NCBI GenBank assembly: GCA_000934665.2 | Contig: KZ538223.1 | Coordinates: 1 to 64,000 of the forward strand | Length of the DNA stretch: 64,000 bases | From: Catajapyx aquilonaris | Taxonomy: Eukaryota | Direction of reading: 5' to 3' | Shown here: positions 35,693 to 48,700 of the stretch, one piece after another | How positions within the stretch are numbered: position 1 is the stretch's first letter | How the letters are laid out: the number at the start of each line of letters is the position of its first letter | Program-made: the position numbers and the translations under genes | Notes under the pieces: generated by a model | The model's input: the letters and a program-made list of their open reading frames with translations, nothing else | Database searches by the model: none | Told to the model about the DNA's origin: nothing

Positions 35693-37756
35693 AAAATGTT
35701 AGATGTATTTTGGTGTTTATGCAACCTGACCTAAGAGGCCGAAATGTTATAAATAAGTTTTGGAGACCACCCTTGAAGAGCGGGCCAGAGTTCGACCCAG
35801 AGCAGTTACGACACTTTTCCAAAGAACGTCGTAAATGGCGTTGTAGGGAAAGGGGGGTCGGGTCCAGGAGCATAAAGGGTCAGGGAGGAGGGGGTGGAAA
35901 CCAGGTATTGGCTCCCGGTTACATCTTGCAAGCAAAAGGCAGAGGCGGCAGCAGCAAATCTTGCTTCCACTTGATTAGACTTGGCCGCAAACATTGAGCG
36001 CTACCTGAACGCACACATCCGGCGTCGAAGAGGAGGGGAGGAGAAGGGAAGGAGGAGAAGGGGAGGGCAAAACAAAGCAACATCGGAGGGCGTTAATGGA
36101 AGGGAAATTGGCGCCGTCGACTGCGATAAGGTCGCCCGCCAGCTCAAAGCGACTTCTTTTTGCCAGCTCCCTTATTTCTTTTTTTCTTCTTCTAAATACT
36201 CCTCTCCTGTGTATACTCCTCGAAAGTGTATATTCCAACCGTTTTCGGTTTCTCCGCTTTTCCCTCGCGACGGAGAAGGGAAGCGAAATCTTGCGCTTTC
36301 TTTTGTTTCGCAGTAGCTGATAAGGACGCTTATTGGCTGATGATTGACGGAGCCGGGAAAGTGGAGGAGGTTGGGGGGATCCTCCTACTTGGTTACGTCA
36401 TTTCCGCTCTCTCTCCAATTCACAGAGTCTGGTTTGAGGCGACCGTAGAAGGGGAAACGCCATTTCCTCCAACTCCCCTGGTTTTGATGAACATCTTAGA
36501 GGCTTACTGTTTACTTGCTTCGGCTCCGATAATATTATGGGAGTTGCACAATTGGAGGAAGGGGCGGAGTCTGGGTTATTATTATTTTCAAACTAACTTT
36601 CTAATAGTCTATAGGTTAATAACTTCGGAGGGGGCGCTTTTCGGTTACTGATGAGAAGAAATTGACAAAAAAAATGTTGTGGAAGGGGAAAGGGGAAACC
36701 GAGTTTTGGCTTATTCTGCGAGATGATCAATATATGTATCGGGGGTTGATGGTAACTAAAGGAGGAATTTCCAATCCTATAGGAGACAATATGGTATCGC
36801 CTTATTGATGATGGAAAATGTGCACATATAGAGTCATCAAACATCTCAAACTGTAACATATCGTTCTGCATGTCACATTGATTGAATGGCCACCGTTTGA
36901 CCACAAACATGATTTGGCTTCTCACTATGTGTATACATCCGTCGGACAGTGAGTGAGCCTTCTTTGCATCGATTAAACCCATGGCACCTGTTGCTTCCCC
37001 CCTCAGAAATCTTTGCACTGGTCAGATCTCTCGCATATGGAGAGTGGACTTCCGACCTCTTTCATGCCACAAAATCTGACCCTTACTTTACCAGACAAGA
37101 TTAACGACGGGACAAAACTGTCCGGGAAGAAACTGATTGTAATGTTCATTGGGATGGAAGTGTCGTAGGCTATATCTGCAGGTTTGTGGAAGGCTACTCT
37201 AACCTTACGTAGCAATAACAAAGTTTGTGACTGAAACACATTATTCTTCTGCAGAAGTACCTCGAAGTAAGATAAGTCAAGATATCGCCCATACAGAGAA
37301 TCCTCCCCCTCATTTTTTTCATCTACAAAATTCGGCAAGCTTTGATTTTCATTTACGTGTCTCTCCAACACCCCCAAGCCATATCTTGAAGTACAGCGGC
37401 AGCCCTGTCCATCTGGGCAACAACTCAATTCCTCTGAATGGGCTCAAAGTCGGGGGAAACATTTCTGGAAAACGGTTTCCATCCATCCCCAGCATCCCCT
37501 CCACATCGCGCCTAATCGATGCGCTCAGAATCGATGCATGTCCGGTTAGATCTGACACACACACAAAAAAAAATCAGAAAAAGTGCACGACAAGCATTGA
37601 TACTGTTAACATTCCGCAAAAGCAGTTGGGAAAATAACTTACACCCTGGTTAAATGTTTTAAATGTTATGCAATGCAAATAAACAACATTATAGCCTATA
37701 CTAGCAGGGGACACGTTCTTCTCACGGTGATTGATAATGAAGTAAACCAAAACAAT

Positions 37757-37895
37757 TGTCGGACTTTTCCCTAAATCATCTGCACGTAAGACGTCAGTGT
37801 GCCAAGTTTCAGTACTCTCAGTACTCCGTAAGGAGGTTAGGTAGCCGTGACATACATATGTACACAAACTTTCCCATTTTTACTGTATAAGAGAT
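37757..37895 (-). mobile_element. Helitron-like family copy
   Basis: cggacttttccctaaatc…gtaagacgtcagtgtgccaagtttcagtact…ggttaggtagccgtgacatacat…ctttcccatttttactgtataagagat. Confidence 0.6.
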
Positions 37896-40800
37896 TATGT
37901 TCTAGAGTCGAGACGTTTCTTTCAAGTTATGCTCCTTGGTGTGGGTGTGGGTTGGGTATAGAAAATGGGGAAGGTAGACAGGAAATGAATCTTGAGACAG
38001 AAAAAAATATATTGAAATATACAGATAAGTCCTGTCGTCGACAGTCTTCGGCAGCGTCTTTCCGTTGGTGAATGCACCTCGAGGCGACGGCTTCTCGACG
38101 GGGAAAACCCCGAAGTTTGGGGAAGTTGGTTTTGGGGAGGTGGGGTTCGCTAAGACAGTTCATTTCCCGCCACATTGTCCCAACCCAGCCTTGTTGAGAG
38201 AGGCTTCCCTTGCAACAAACCAACCCGCAGCAACCAAAAGCGACGAGCGGAGATGACCAGATAACCAGATGGGGAGAGAAACACAGCCACTTTCCAAACA
38301 CCAACTCTCTCTCTCTCGCTCTTGTAATATCTACCCCTCATAGATACACGATACCTTATGCAAAATCCCCTTTTCCCTCAAGACACACGCACACCCTCCC
38401 CTTTTCCTGTCCCTTGTCCGGTGTCCCTGGTCAATGGCTTCCTTATCGGACACCCAGATTACCTCGTCTCCCTTGCCTAAGCTCACAGTTTGCCTGCTTC
38501 TCTCTCACCGCCAGCCACCAGATTCAAACAGGATACGCACTTGTCTTCATAATCAAGTCAGTTCTATTAAGACTATTAATGAAAAGCTAGCCTGATGCGC
38601 CACTCCAAATGGAGGCTTCTCTCATTAACCCATTGCCAGACGGTGGGCGGCTATACAAGCACGGGTGTTATATGTGCTGTATATTATAGAAGGTTTCTAG
38701 ATTATGGAGGAGGAAACCTTTTGAAGTATGGAGGGAGGGGGAGAACCACCAGCTAAATGAGGGGGGGGGGGAATATGTGGAAGATAATGATAAATCTGGG
38801 GGGGATGATTAGAAAATGCGACAATGTGTGGCTGCAGACACTTGGCGGAGAAGAGAGCAGTCGATTACAGTCGAGATACTGGCAAAAGGTTTGCAATATA
38901 ACAATGTAGATGAATGCCCTATAATTTTTAAGTAAAAAAAAATACATACATTCACACTTTATTCCAATTGCTACTCGCCAACTCAACAAAGCTAATATTC
39001 ATTATTTTAAAAAAATTGAAATCCTAAAGCATGTTTTAGTGTGTGTAGTTTTTAAAATGTATAAGCATGTTAAACGTAAACTATGTATAACTCTGCAAAA
39101 GAATGTGCAATGAAACGTTCAATAAATGAAAAAATAATAATTGCGGATAATTCGCGTTTTTCTTTGAAGGTTAGCAATTATTTTGGAAAGATTTGGTATA
39201 TTTCGCTTGTGCGGTGGAAATGTGATGATGATTTCGGAACATGTTTAGTTGTGATAGTTCACAAGTCATATGGGCTATACGCTCTTCTGAACACAAAGTC
39301 ATGGATTTATAAACATTACATCCAAGAAAATGGCGACATCGAAATTATGAAGCTGGCGAATTTTCTTCAATTATTGCGGAATATTTTTTTTCCGGACACT
39401 TGGAACAGGTGTGTAGAATGATGCACAGCCAAAGTCGTCTATCACAAGTAAGAATTTATCGATCCATTTTCTCCAGCAATCAGTGTAAAGAGAACAATCA
39501 GGATGATTGTTATTTATCAACAATCACAATCAGTACCACATTCACTTAAACTATTTATTACTCTTCTATTTTTGGAGTCAATATTCATGACCTCTTCACT
39601 TGAAATAGGCCTATATGAACTTAGTGCTACACCATACATCTGAAGTCAGTATTATTGATATTATGTTCATCCTAACAGTTCAAGGCAACCCGCACATCAA
39701 GGGTGAATAAGATCGCCTATATTTCAGGATAAAACTTAGCTCCTTCGCGGATTCATATAATTACCGTCACGATTGCAATCTAAATTAGCAATTTACATGT
39801 GAAAAAGTTGTCAAATCACTGAGGTGCATTGATTTTTTTAAAAATTATTGATTCGTCAGAGGCTACACCGAAAGTATTACGCCGATGTCAAATAATAATG
39901 TAAAAACAATTTTTTCGGTTTTATAAGTAATTAAAAACCGATTGATCAAACTGGCTTTTAAAACATTGCACCTCAATATACAATAACTGTGCTACATAAG
40001 CTTTTAATGGCACAAAATTCGCAGACCAAGCTGCACACTTTATTTAAGCATTCGCCGTCAAGCCGCATCTTAATATCACACACATGTAAGCCTCTGAAGC
40101 AGGTAAATCCCGCAAAAAAAATAGCTGCCAGCACTGACATTACGTCACTCTTTTAATCCGTCGTATGTGTGTTTTTTTTGAAGAAGAAGACATGCGTGTG
40201 ATAGCACTCGGGATAATCTTCTGCTCATAAGAGTGTCACCTGGAATTAGACACGCAACTTTGCTTTTTTTAACAAACCGTGGCATGCATCATAAAGTTGG
40301 CCGACTCTTGAAAAAAATATGTATATTTAGCTGCTAAGCCGCGATCTGATGAAGGTGTTTTTGCGCTTCATCTTTAACGTTATTTCTGTCTTCCCTGTGA
40401 ACGATGAGGATCCTTTTCAGACTCACAATACAGTGCTTTTAGATATACAACGAAAATGTTATATTAGGTGTTTTTTTTTATAAAGGTCAACCTGGTTCAC
40501 GAGAAAGTAACCCGAGATTATTGTTGGCCTGGCAACGCATGACCTTACAAAGCCTAATAACCTTCGACTGCTAAGAGCGATGACTTTGTGGTACGGTACA
40601 TCATATAACAGGGCTTCACGAGTGTAAAATTCACAATACGATACAATAAAATCTGTCTGTGACGGATTGTCACGGTACGTCACGCTGACATAGGGAGAAA
40701 ATGCCATCGTGACGGAACGTGACACAGGACGATCGAGCGTGATGTCGCAATAAAAAGTGCTAAACCAAACTTGGTAACACTGTCACCATAGTACCATACT

Positions 40801-41046
40801 CGTCTCATAGATGGCGCATCCTACCTCTCTGCACACTACTGCCACTCTCATGGCCATGCGGAGAAAAGTGGTACTACATGCACCTATAGTTGGGCGCATA
40901 TGATGACTCGCCCCGGACAGAGGCACATACTCCAGCCAATTATAGACATGTGACTATCAGGAGACCCGTTCTTCGCACAGGGATTGATAAATGGGATAAG
41001 TGAGGGGGAGGGGGGGGGGACTGAAAGGGAGGGTGCGCCATCTGTT

Positions 41047-41264
41047 AAACTTGGCACGCCTATGTCTTGATTGAGGGAAAGGTCCGAAAACTGCACTTTT
41101 TAGACTTTTTCGAGGAAAAAGTCTTATAACACGGCTCTGTCTGTCTGTCTGTCTGTGGACAGGTATGAGACAGACAGGTCCAGGTCTAAATACCATAAAA
41201 AACAAAAGAAATCCGAAGTTTTTGGTATTTAGACCTGGACCTGTCTGTGTCATACCTGTCCACG

Positions 41265-41330
<66 letters not shown>

Positions 41331-41419
41331 GCCGTGCTATAAGACTTTTTCCTCGAAAAAGTCTAAAAAGTGCAGTTTTCGGACCTTTCCCTCAATCAAG
41401 ACATAGGCGTGCCAAGTTT
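41047..41419. repeat. Near-perfect long inverted repeat with (GACA)n in the arms
   Basis: 41047-41195 pairs with 41223-41419, apart from different (GACA)n lengths and a few substitutions; loop about 27 nt. Confidence 0.93.
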
Positions 41420-44400
41420 CAGCACAGCTCTCAGTAGTCAGAAAGTGGGTTAGGCAGCCCGGACATAAATACCGACAAACCCTCCCGTTTATAAGTATAG
41501 AGATTGATTGACAGCTCCTTCCAGACTGGACAACCACTTCAGTCGAATTACCCATCAAATTGTTCATTAAAACAACCCTGCTTTTCCAGCACATATGCGC
41601 GTGATATCTGTCCATCAACATGGAGTAATTGAGTAAGTAAAAAAAAAACTTCCCACCCCCACCCAACCCCTTCCTCCCCTTTTTTTTGCTAAGTACGCCT
41701 CCCAGCCACCCCNCCCCCCCCCACTTTCTTCCCAATATCTATCTAAGCGAGGCCGCTTTTGGGGCCGGCGAGCCCCAGCAAGCGCTGTTCCTTTGTGGCA
41801 ACTGAAAAGTGCCGCGCGAAGAGAAGACATAATTCTTCTCTATCTGGCGGCCATGTTATCTTTTTCCCGGAAACCCGTAGGTACCGCACGGAGGGAGGTA
41901 GAAACAGTTAACAAACAGAATTGGGGGATTGGCCGGGCTTTAAATTTGGCGAGGGACCAGACGGGACGTGCTCTGGTCGCGCGTGGCCGTTTGGGAGTGA
42001 CCTTGGGGCGAGCGGTCGCCGGCGGTCGCGCGCGGTCGTACGCGGCCAGCGACTGACCCGCGCGGCATCGGGCGTCCCGGAGGCCAAATTAAATGGCGGA
42101 CATCTGCTCCTCAAAGTTCTTCCCCCTCCCCCTTTGCGAAAACCACACGGGAACCTCCGGCTCTATCTCACCTCCGCCTACCCACAATGGCTTACACCGC
42201 AGCACTAAACACTGTCTTAAAATACGGCTATATTTCATCCATTCCATAAGATTACTGATCTTTAATCCCCAAAAAGTTAAGATTTACGACGACCCAGGAA
42301 TTATGACCCCCTTCTCGTAGTGGCTGGAATTATGTTGATATATCTGGGCGAAATCGCTCCCGCTATGGCTTATCTGAAATGTGGAGGATAAAATATGGCG
42401 TTCGTTCATGAATCTTATTAAGATATCCCCTAAGCGAATATAAAGTTGGGGAAAGAAGTCCATAATCCTGCCTATACATCACGGACGGATTGAAGCAGTT
42501 TACCCGACGCTTGGGCCTGTCACTGGCGCCCAAGTGATAAAATACGGGAGGAGGGGGGAGGGGGAGGGAAGCTTTCTCCCCACTGCCTTCCCTCCTCCTC
42601 CACCTCCACCTCCCCCCCAAAAGCAACTATTAAGCTAATCCAAACGGGCCATAACTGGGAGAAAACACCGGTGCTTTTCCTCCCCTCCCACACCCATCCT
42701 TAAAGCCGCTGCCTCCCACAATTCCTAGGACGAAATTCGCCTATCTACAACCCAGGTCCGGCAGAAGAGTGGGGAGGGGATGGGAGGAGGGGGAAGAGAA
42801 GCGGTTGACCAATCGGATGTTGCGTCACATTCTTGACTGCAGGCGGTCAGAAGTCGCAATAAAAAGTCACATCAATGGTCAGTTTAAAACAAATCAGAGG
42901 TTTTAATTTAATTGGTTTTAAATGATTTCAAATTTAATTTGAATGTAATATCATGCTCACTAGTACCGAAGCCGTTGGCAACACTGTCCCCCCCTCCCAA
43001 CTTGGACGTAGTACAATATTCCACTACCAGTTGGCGCATACCCTCTGCACACTCCTGCCACTCCCAGGGGAAAGTAGTACTACCATGCACGTTGGTGATG
43101 AGTCACTGTGCGGACAAAGTCCACCTGATGGGCGCTACTGTCCCCTAATATTATTGTTGAACGGGGAAAGTGAAAGCTGTGGAAACTATTACAGTAGGAT
43201 ACCTGGTGGAGTCACGTATTATCATGATAAATATAAAACTAATTTTCAGACTCATTAACATTATCTTAATTACTCGGAATTTATAATAGGCCCTAATGAT
43301 TGTTATTATTTTAAAGTTATATTAAACAGATAACAAGGATTTTAATAGTTCAGACTTGTAATTTCTATGCATTCAATAATAATTAATTGGTTAAATTGCT
43401 GTGATCTGTAATTTTAATAAGGTCGATTAATAAAATAATGCAATTGTGTTACTGATCAAAAGTTATTTTGATTAATCAATACCGTATATTTCAGTAGCCT
43501 ATATATAATCATCAGCTGTTTAATCAATACATTTTCCAGATTTTAATTTCTGATGTTCACTTCCATTAATTCCCTGTATAATTATTTTAACTTATTTTAA
43601 TTAATACTATTTAAATGATTTTATTTTAATTCCTACCTTTCAAGCAGAGTATAGGCTAATTGGAACGAAACAAACGGAAGAAGGCGCGTATTTTGTTAAA
43701 CGAAGTTTATAAATGCCATTCATGCGATGATTGTTCTTACAATAAGTGAACTGTGTCAATATAACGACTACGTACACAATTACAGTAGGTTTTCTGTCAC
43801 ATTAAAAAACGGGCATATTTCACAATATTGATTTTCCCTCTATTACTGTATTATGCAAAAAGTTGACACTAACAAGGATTTTAAAAATTGTTCAAGGACA
43901 TAATTGTGTTACCACACATCTTACAGGTGCATTAATAAATTTCGAATTTACACATAAATTACTTGCGAATTGAAGTTGTTTATTTGCATAATATCAAGGA
44001 AAAATATAAGTTCAGTAATGGCTGGCAAACATTCAGCAGAGCATATTAATACCCGGGATATTTTCTTCAGTCTTTTCAGTTGGCCCCAGTGTATAATGAA
44101 GGGGCCAGACAGACTTCTTAGCTCTCACAAAAGGTCGCAAATCGACTTAATGAGGTTTTAATCACTGCGATAATACAACTTGCGCACAAAGAAAATATAT
44201 TATCATTAAACCAGGATTACAGTCCTTCTTGATAGCCGCCGGCTTATTGCGAATTTCATCTGGGAATAGGCGAAACCCGAAATATGAATTTACTTCTTTA
44301 CATAATTATTATATTGGCCATAATACAACATGTCGGTGGAACATTGTTTTTTTTACACCGGTACATATCTATATGTTGCATGAAAAAGTTAAAGTAAAAT

Positions 44401-45374
44401 GCATTAGATTATAGCTAAATATTTGCAACATTTCAGCGAAGGTTGATCATGAATATGCTGGTTGCTCCATCTCTGAACCAAGCTCAGAATTTCGGTCACA
44501 TTTTGCACTCTCAGCCACCTTTCGAGTCCGACGGAAAGTTATTCAACTCAATATGCAACTCGAGCCGCTCTCTATGAATGAGATTGAGAGACAATAAATT
44601 TTATTAATACGTTACAATAAATTTTTTTAAAGTGCAAAGCAGGTGTACTACATTCACAGTCCAAAGGCGAATGTTATTGGCTGTTTATTTCAGCAACCGG
44701 TAATTTCAGCTACAATTTTGGCAAATTGTTAGGCCTACTCTTGCTACTTCCAACTGGTTTTGATATTGTTGAGGGGTTAGCAAAACTTTAAAAAAAAAAT
44801 CCTCTACACCCAGTAGCCTACTTGACTTGATCAATACATAACATCACCCTGAAGCCTCTTTGAAAACATATTTTATCACATTATTTGTAATGAATAAACC
44901 CGTAAGTGTGTCACATTATTGCAACTACATGTGGTTGCAATAATGTGACTCATCTCGCTTTCTTTTTTTTTCGCCATAGTAAAAAAAATCAAGTTTGACC
45001 ACCCCTTGAAACGGTCAACAAGTCTTGTACCAATGGACCCCCCCCCCCCCCCGGACACTTTTAAGTATGTAGTAAAACTGCACTGCTTTACAATAATTGG
45101 GGTAATTTTATCACTGTGTGTCACCTCGCAATTTTTAATATTTTTTTTTGTCAGAAGACGTTACAATAAATATCACCGAAATCTATAAAACCATTGAGAA
45201 ACCTATACTTAAAAACCAGAAAGATTCGAGTCGCAATTCGACATATACCGGGTATGTTTTTTTAAAAACATACTGGTTTAATTAGCAATTATTGGTAATT
45301 TTCACATATTTTTCTAGTGGACTGCAAATACCCGGACACTATTCAGTAAGTACATTAAGCAATGATTAACTCAA

Positions 45375-45716
45375 TTTTGTCCATAATGTGACTGAGTTTT
45401 TAGTATAGCCAAATGTGAATCGGTGAGCCGGTCTAGGTTAACTCAATTTTGTCCAAAATGTAATTAAATTTTTTAGCAACAAATTTGATGAAGAACTAAG
45501 GAAATAACACTTACACTGTATTATGAGTCTGTATTGAACTTAATTTTTAGCTACTAAAAATTCTGTCAACTAAGGAAATACAGACTCATAATATAAGTCT
45601 TATTTCATTAGTTCTTCATCAAATTCGTTGCTAAAAACTTAATCACATTTTGGACAAAATTTAGACTCACCAATTCACCTTTAGCTATACTAACAATTCA
45701 GTCCCATTTTGGACAA
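45375..45716. repeat. Degenerate AT-rich inverted repeat
   Basis: ttttgtccaaaatgt…tagcaacaaatttgatgaagaactaa…attatgagtctgtatt pairs with aatacagactcataat…ttagttcttcatcaaattcgttgcta…acattttggacaaaa. Confidence 0.8.
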
Positions 45717-48700
45717 CATAGATCACCAATTCACAGTTTAAAAATAAGATATAATATATATCTTATTTTTGAACACTATGAATTGGTGAGTATAGGCAGC
45801 TCTTCCCCCACCCAATTAATTTCAGGCTACTCCCCTGTCCAAGCCGATCCCAGCACCCATTGCCCCTGTCACCCTTCCCAAATCCATCCTTAGCATTTAA
45901 AGTGATTGATCTTATCATTAGGATTTGCCATTTTAAGAAACCCCCCCCCCCCCTCCATCTTCCCCCTCAAATATATTCATAACAAACCGTTTATCACGCC
46001 CTTATACAAATTCGCCGAATGGCCCTCCCCGTTTCCCTTCGATTTATGACCAGAGTTCCTCATCTTTCAAAACCACCTCCCTGTGCATGGAGGATGGGGA
46101 TCAACCACAAGCATATATTAACCCTGGTAGGTATATACCTAGGAGGCATCTGCGACTTTCCCTCCAACCATTTCCCCGCCGCCTTGAAGCTAATCCTGTG
46201 AGCCAATAAGTGGGTGGGTGGCTCCTCCAAACGGCGGTCATCGGATTTAGTGCGGCGGCCATGCGTCAAATGGCGGATCCCTAGGCCTAGCCCTCAAAAC
46301 ACTTCATCACTCTCGCTCTTCTGCGTCCGGAACATTTCTTCTTCTTCACACATTTTTTTTATAGGGTAGAGTACACAACCCCCCTCTCCTGCTTATAGAG
46401 ATGAGAGACTGCCCCCCCTCTAGACACGCCACCTTCTCCTCTAATTAGGTCGAATGGGCCAGGGGGATTTGGAGCTGAGCAATTAGGGGCTCAGGGGGAC
46501 AAATCTCCCGACCCTCCCGCTGCGTTTGTCATTGTAGGTCTGAGGCGGCCATGTCTCACAATGGATGCAACTGTTGGTGGTGTCGAGCCAGTTGAGGCGG
46601 TGGTCGTAACGGCGGGGGAGAAAGAGGGGTTTCGCTTGCACTTGAGTCGGTTTGTTATGGAGTGGTAAAATGACTCGGAGGAGACGAGAGCGACCTCTGA
46701 AGGATAGGGTTGGGAATGAGGAAGGATCGTGAGGGTCAAGAGTCGTTACATCCACGCAATATCCATTTAAAAAATCGTAAGAACCGCAGTGAAGTTGGCA
46801 AAACTGATCAGTACGTTTGTTTGTTTGTTCAGGGAGAGTCATTATGTCAACTCAGACAGATCCAGGTAGTATGACTATCCCTCACATAGATGGCGAATCC
46901 TACTACTTCTGTCACTGTCAGGGTAGTGTGGTCAAGTTGATGTGATGACTTACCCCGGACAAACATACAGACAGCAAAACAAACAATAGTAAGTGCCAGA
47001 AAAAGTTTTTAATTCATTTTAACGTTTTTAATTAGATAAATTACATGGGCGTACAGCATTAATCTTCCCATATATTGAGAAGTGCGGGAATTGACTATTG
47101 TTTTCACATATAAAAATATTGTAGATGACAGCCGGTTCTCACCAGTTCAAGCCCATCGCATTAGATCTTATGTATACCCTATTTTGCACCATTATTTCTG
47201 AGTGACTGCGGTTAATCCACAAACATGCCGGAATTTCCCACGACAATTACACATTTCTCATGCAAAAACAATTAACTTACAATGTAGGACGATAAAAATC
47301 ACAATCGATCCATATCGACTTGTGGGAGTTACGTTAAATATTTCATTAACCCAAGGAGCACTTTATAGTGTACATCACTATATGGGTGGTGGGTATACAC
47401 GCCATGTACGAGTAAAATCGGGTTATTAAAAATTAAGGCTTACGTCATAAAATAATATTGTTATTACCAAGCTGGTAACAGTGGCGGCAATTCATACTGG
47501 AACTTATATACGTAATCGTAGGTAACGTACGTAATCATAGGCATACAGGTGCATCCTCTCATGACCTTCATGTTGTATACCTATCAATATTATTTTCATA
47601 TCAATCATCAATTATTTTGCATGTACTTGTGTATTCATTTACGATCAGGCGAGTACAGGTGTTTTACATAACTGTTTTTCCTGCCTGTTATTTATTTGTA
47701 TAGAGTGGGTCAGTGTACGTGTTTATGTCTGACATATTTCACGTGATCGCGATTAGTTTTTCCGGTTTATCGGCCGCGCCTTCCAAGCAAGTTTTCCAGG
47801 AAAGATTCCGATTCAAAGCCTGCCTGACCTCGTAACCTGGTCCATCAAGGTTGGTTTACTTGCCCTTGGCAATGAGTGGTCTTTATCTACTCTACGGCTA
47901 TGCTATTGAACGGTTTAGTTGATGAGGTGCAAGGACCATAACACCCTGTGGGAAAAACCCTGCACGGCAGAAAATACCCAGATTTTTTTATTAGTCTAAG
48001 CTTCGCAGAATACTATTTAAGGGAAAGAGTAAAAACCCCTATTGGTATTCCACACCTCTTGTCCTTCTTGTCCCCGCATGTTAAGAGTCATGAGTGATAC
48101 GTAAAGATTTCCTTGAGATTTCCAGAGAAAGTCATGAGGGTGCTGACCCACTGCTCTCAACATGAAGGGTTCAATCAGCACATAAGCCTGACATGGCTTG
48201 AGTCGAGAGTAAATTTTAACAAGAAAATTTATTTAGCCAAACAGTCTTGTATGGGTCTGGGGTGAAATGATCTTTTTACATAAGGTATCCTGGAATCCTA
48301 AGACATTGCTACATCCTAAGACATTGCTGTAAAGCCATAAATTTTATGGCTTTACAGCAATGCATTTTTTTGTTTATTAACTTTCTGAGAGAGAGAGAAA
48401 ACATGGACGACTACAAGTCGGCCTTGAAAAGTACTTTCGGAATAATATATTTAATGTACTTGCATATAATCTCTCTCCGCAACTTGATAATAAACAGTCT
48501 CATCTGCTATCATCACGATAAACAGGTAAAGTATGTCTGGTGTACTTTAAGAAAGAATAAGCTAAAAAATTTCACTCTTTATTAAACTATTGCAAATCGT
48601 TTCATTCCACAATAAATTCGACGGTATTTCCAATCTTATTAAAAACTCTATTACCTGTAACTCTCGTTGTATACATCTTTTATTACCAGTTAATCTGAGT

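Noticed and set aside
35710..35997. ORF containing FDPEQL, similar to the Dve SFDPEL motif (also MFDPELL at 3022-3255)
   Set aside because: Similarity is only 4-5 residues with no homeodomain helices. The GTTCGACCC could be a B-box-like word, but I see no A box or cloverleaf.
1..48000. Window-wide enrichment of TAATCC/GGATTA K50 sites
   Set aside because: Many sites are visible, but a rough estimate gives a few dozen by chance over this length, so I cannot claim enrichment outside the 21.4-21.6 kb cluster.
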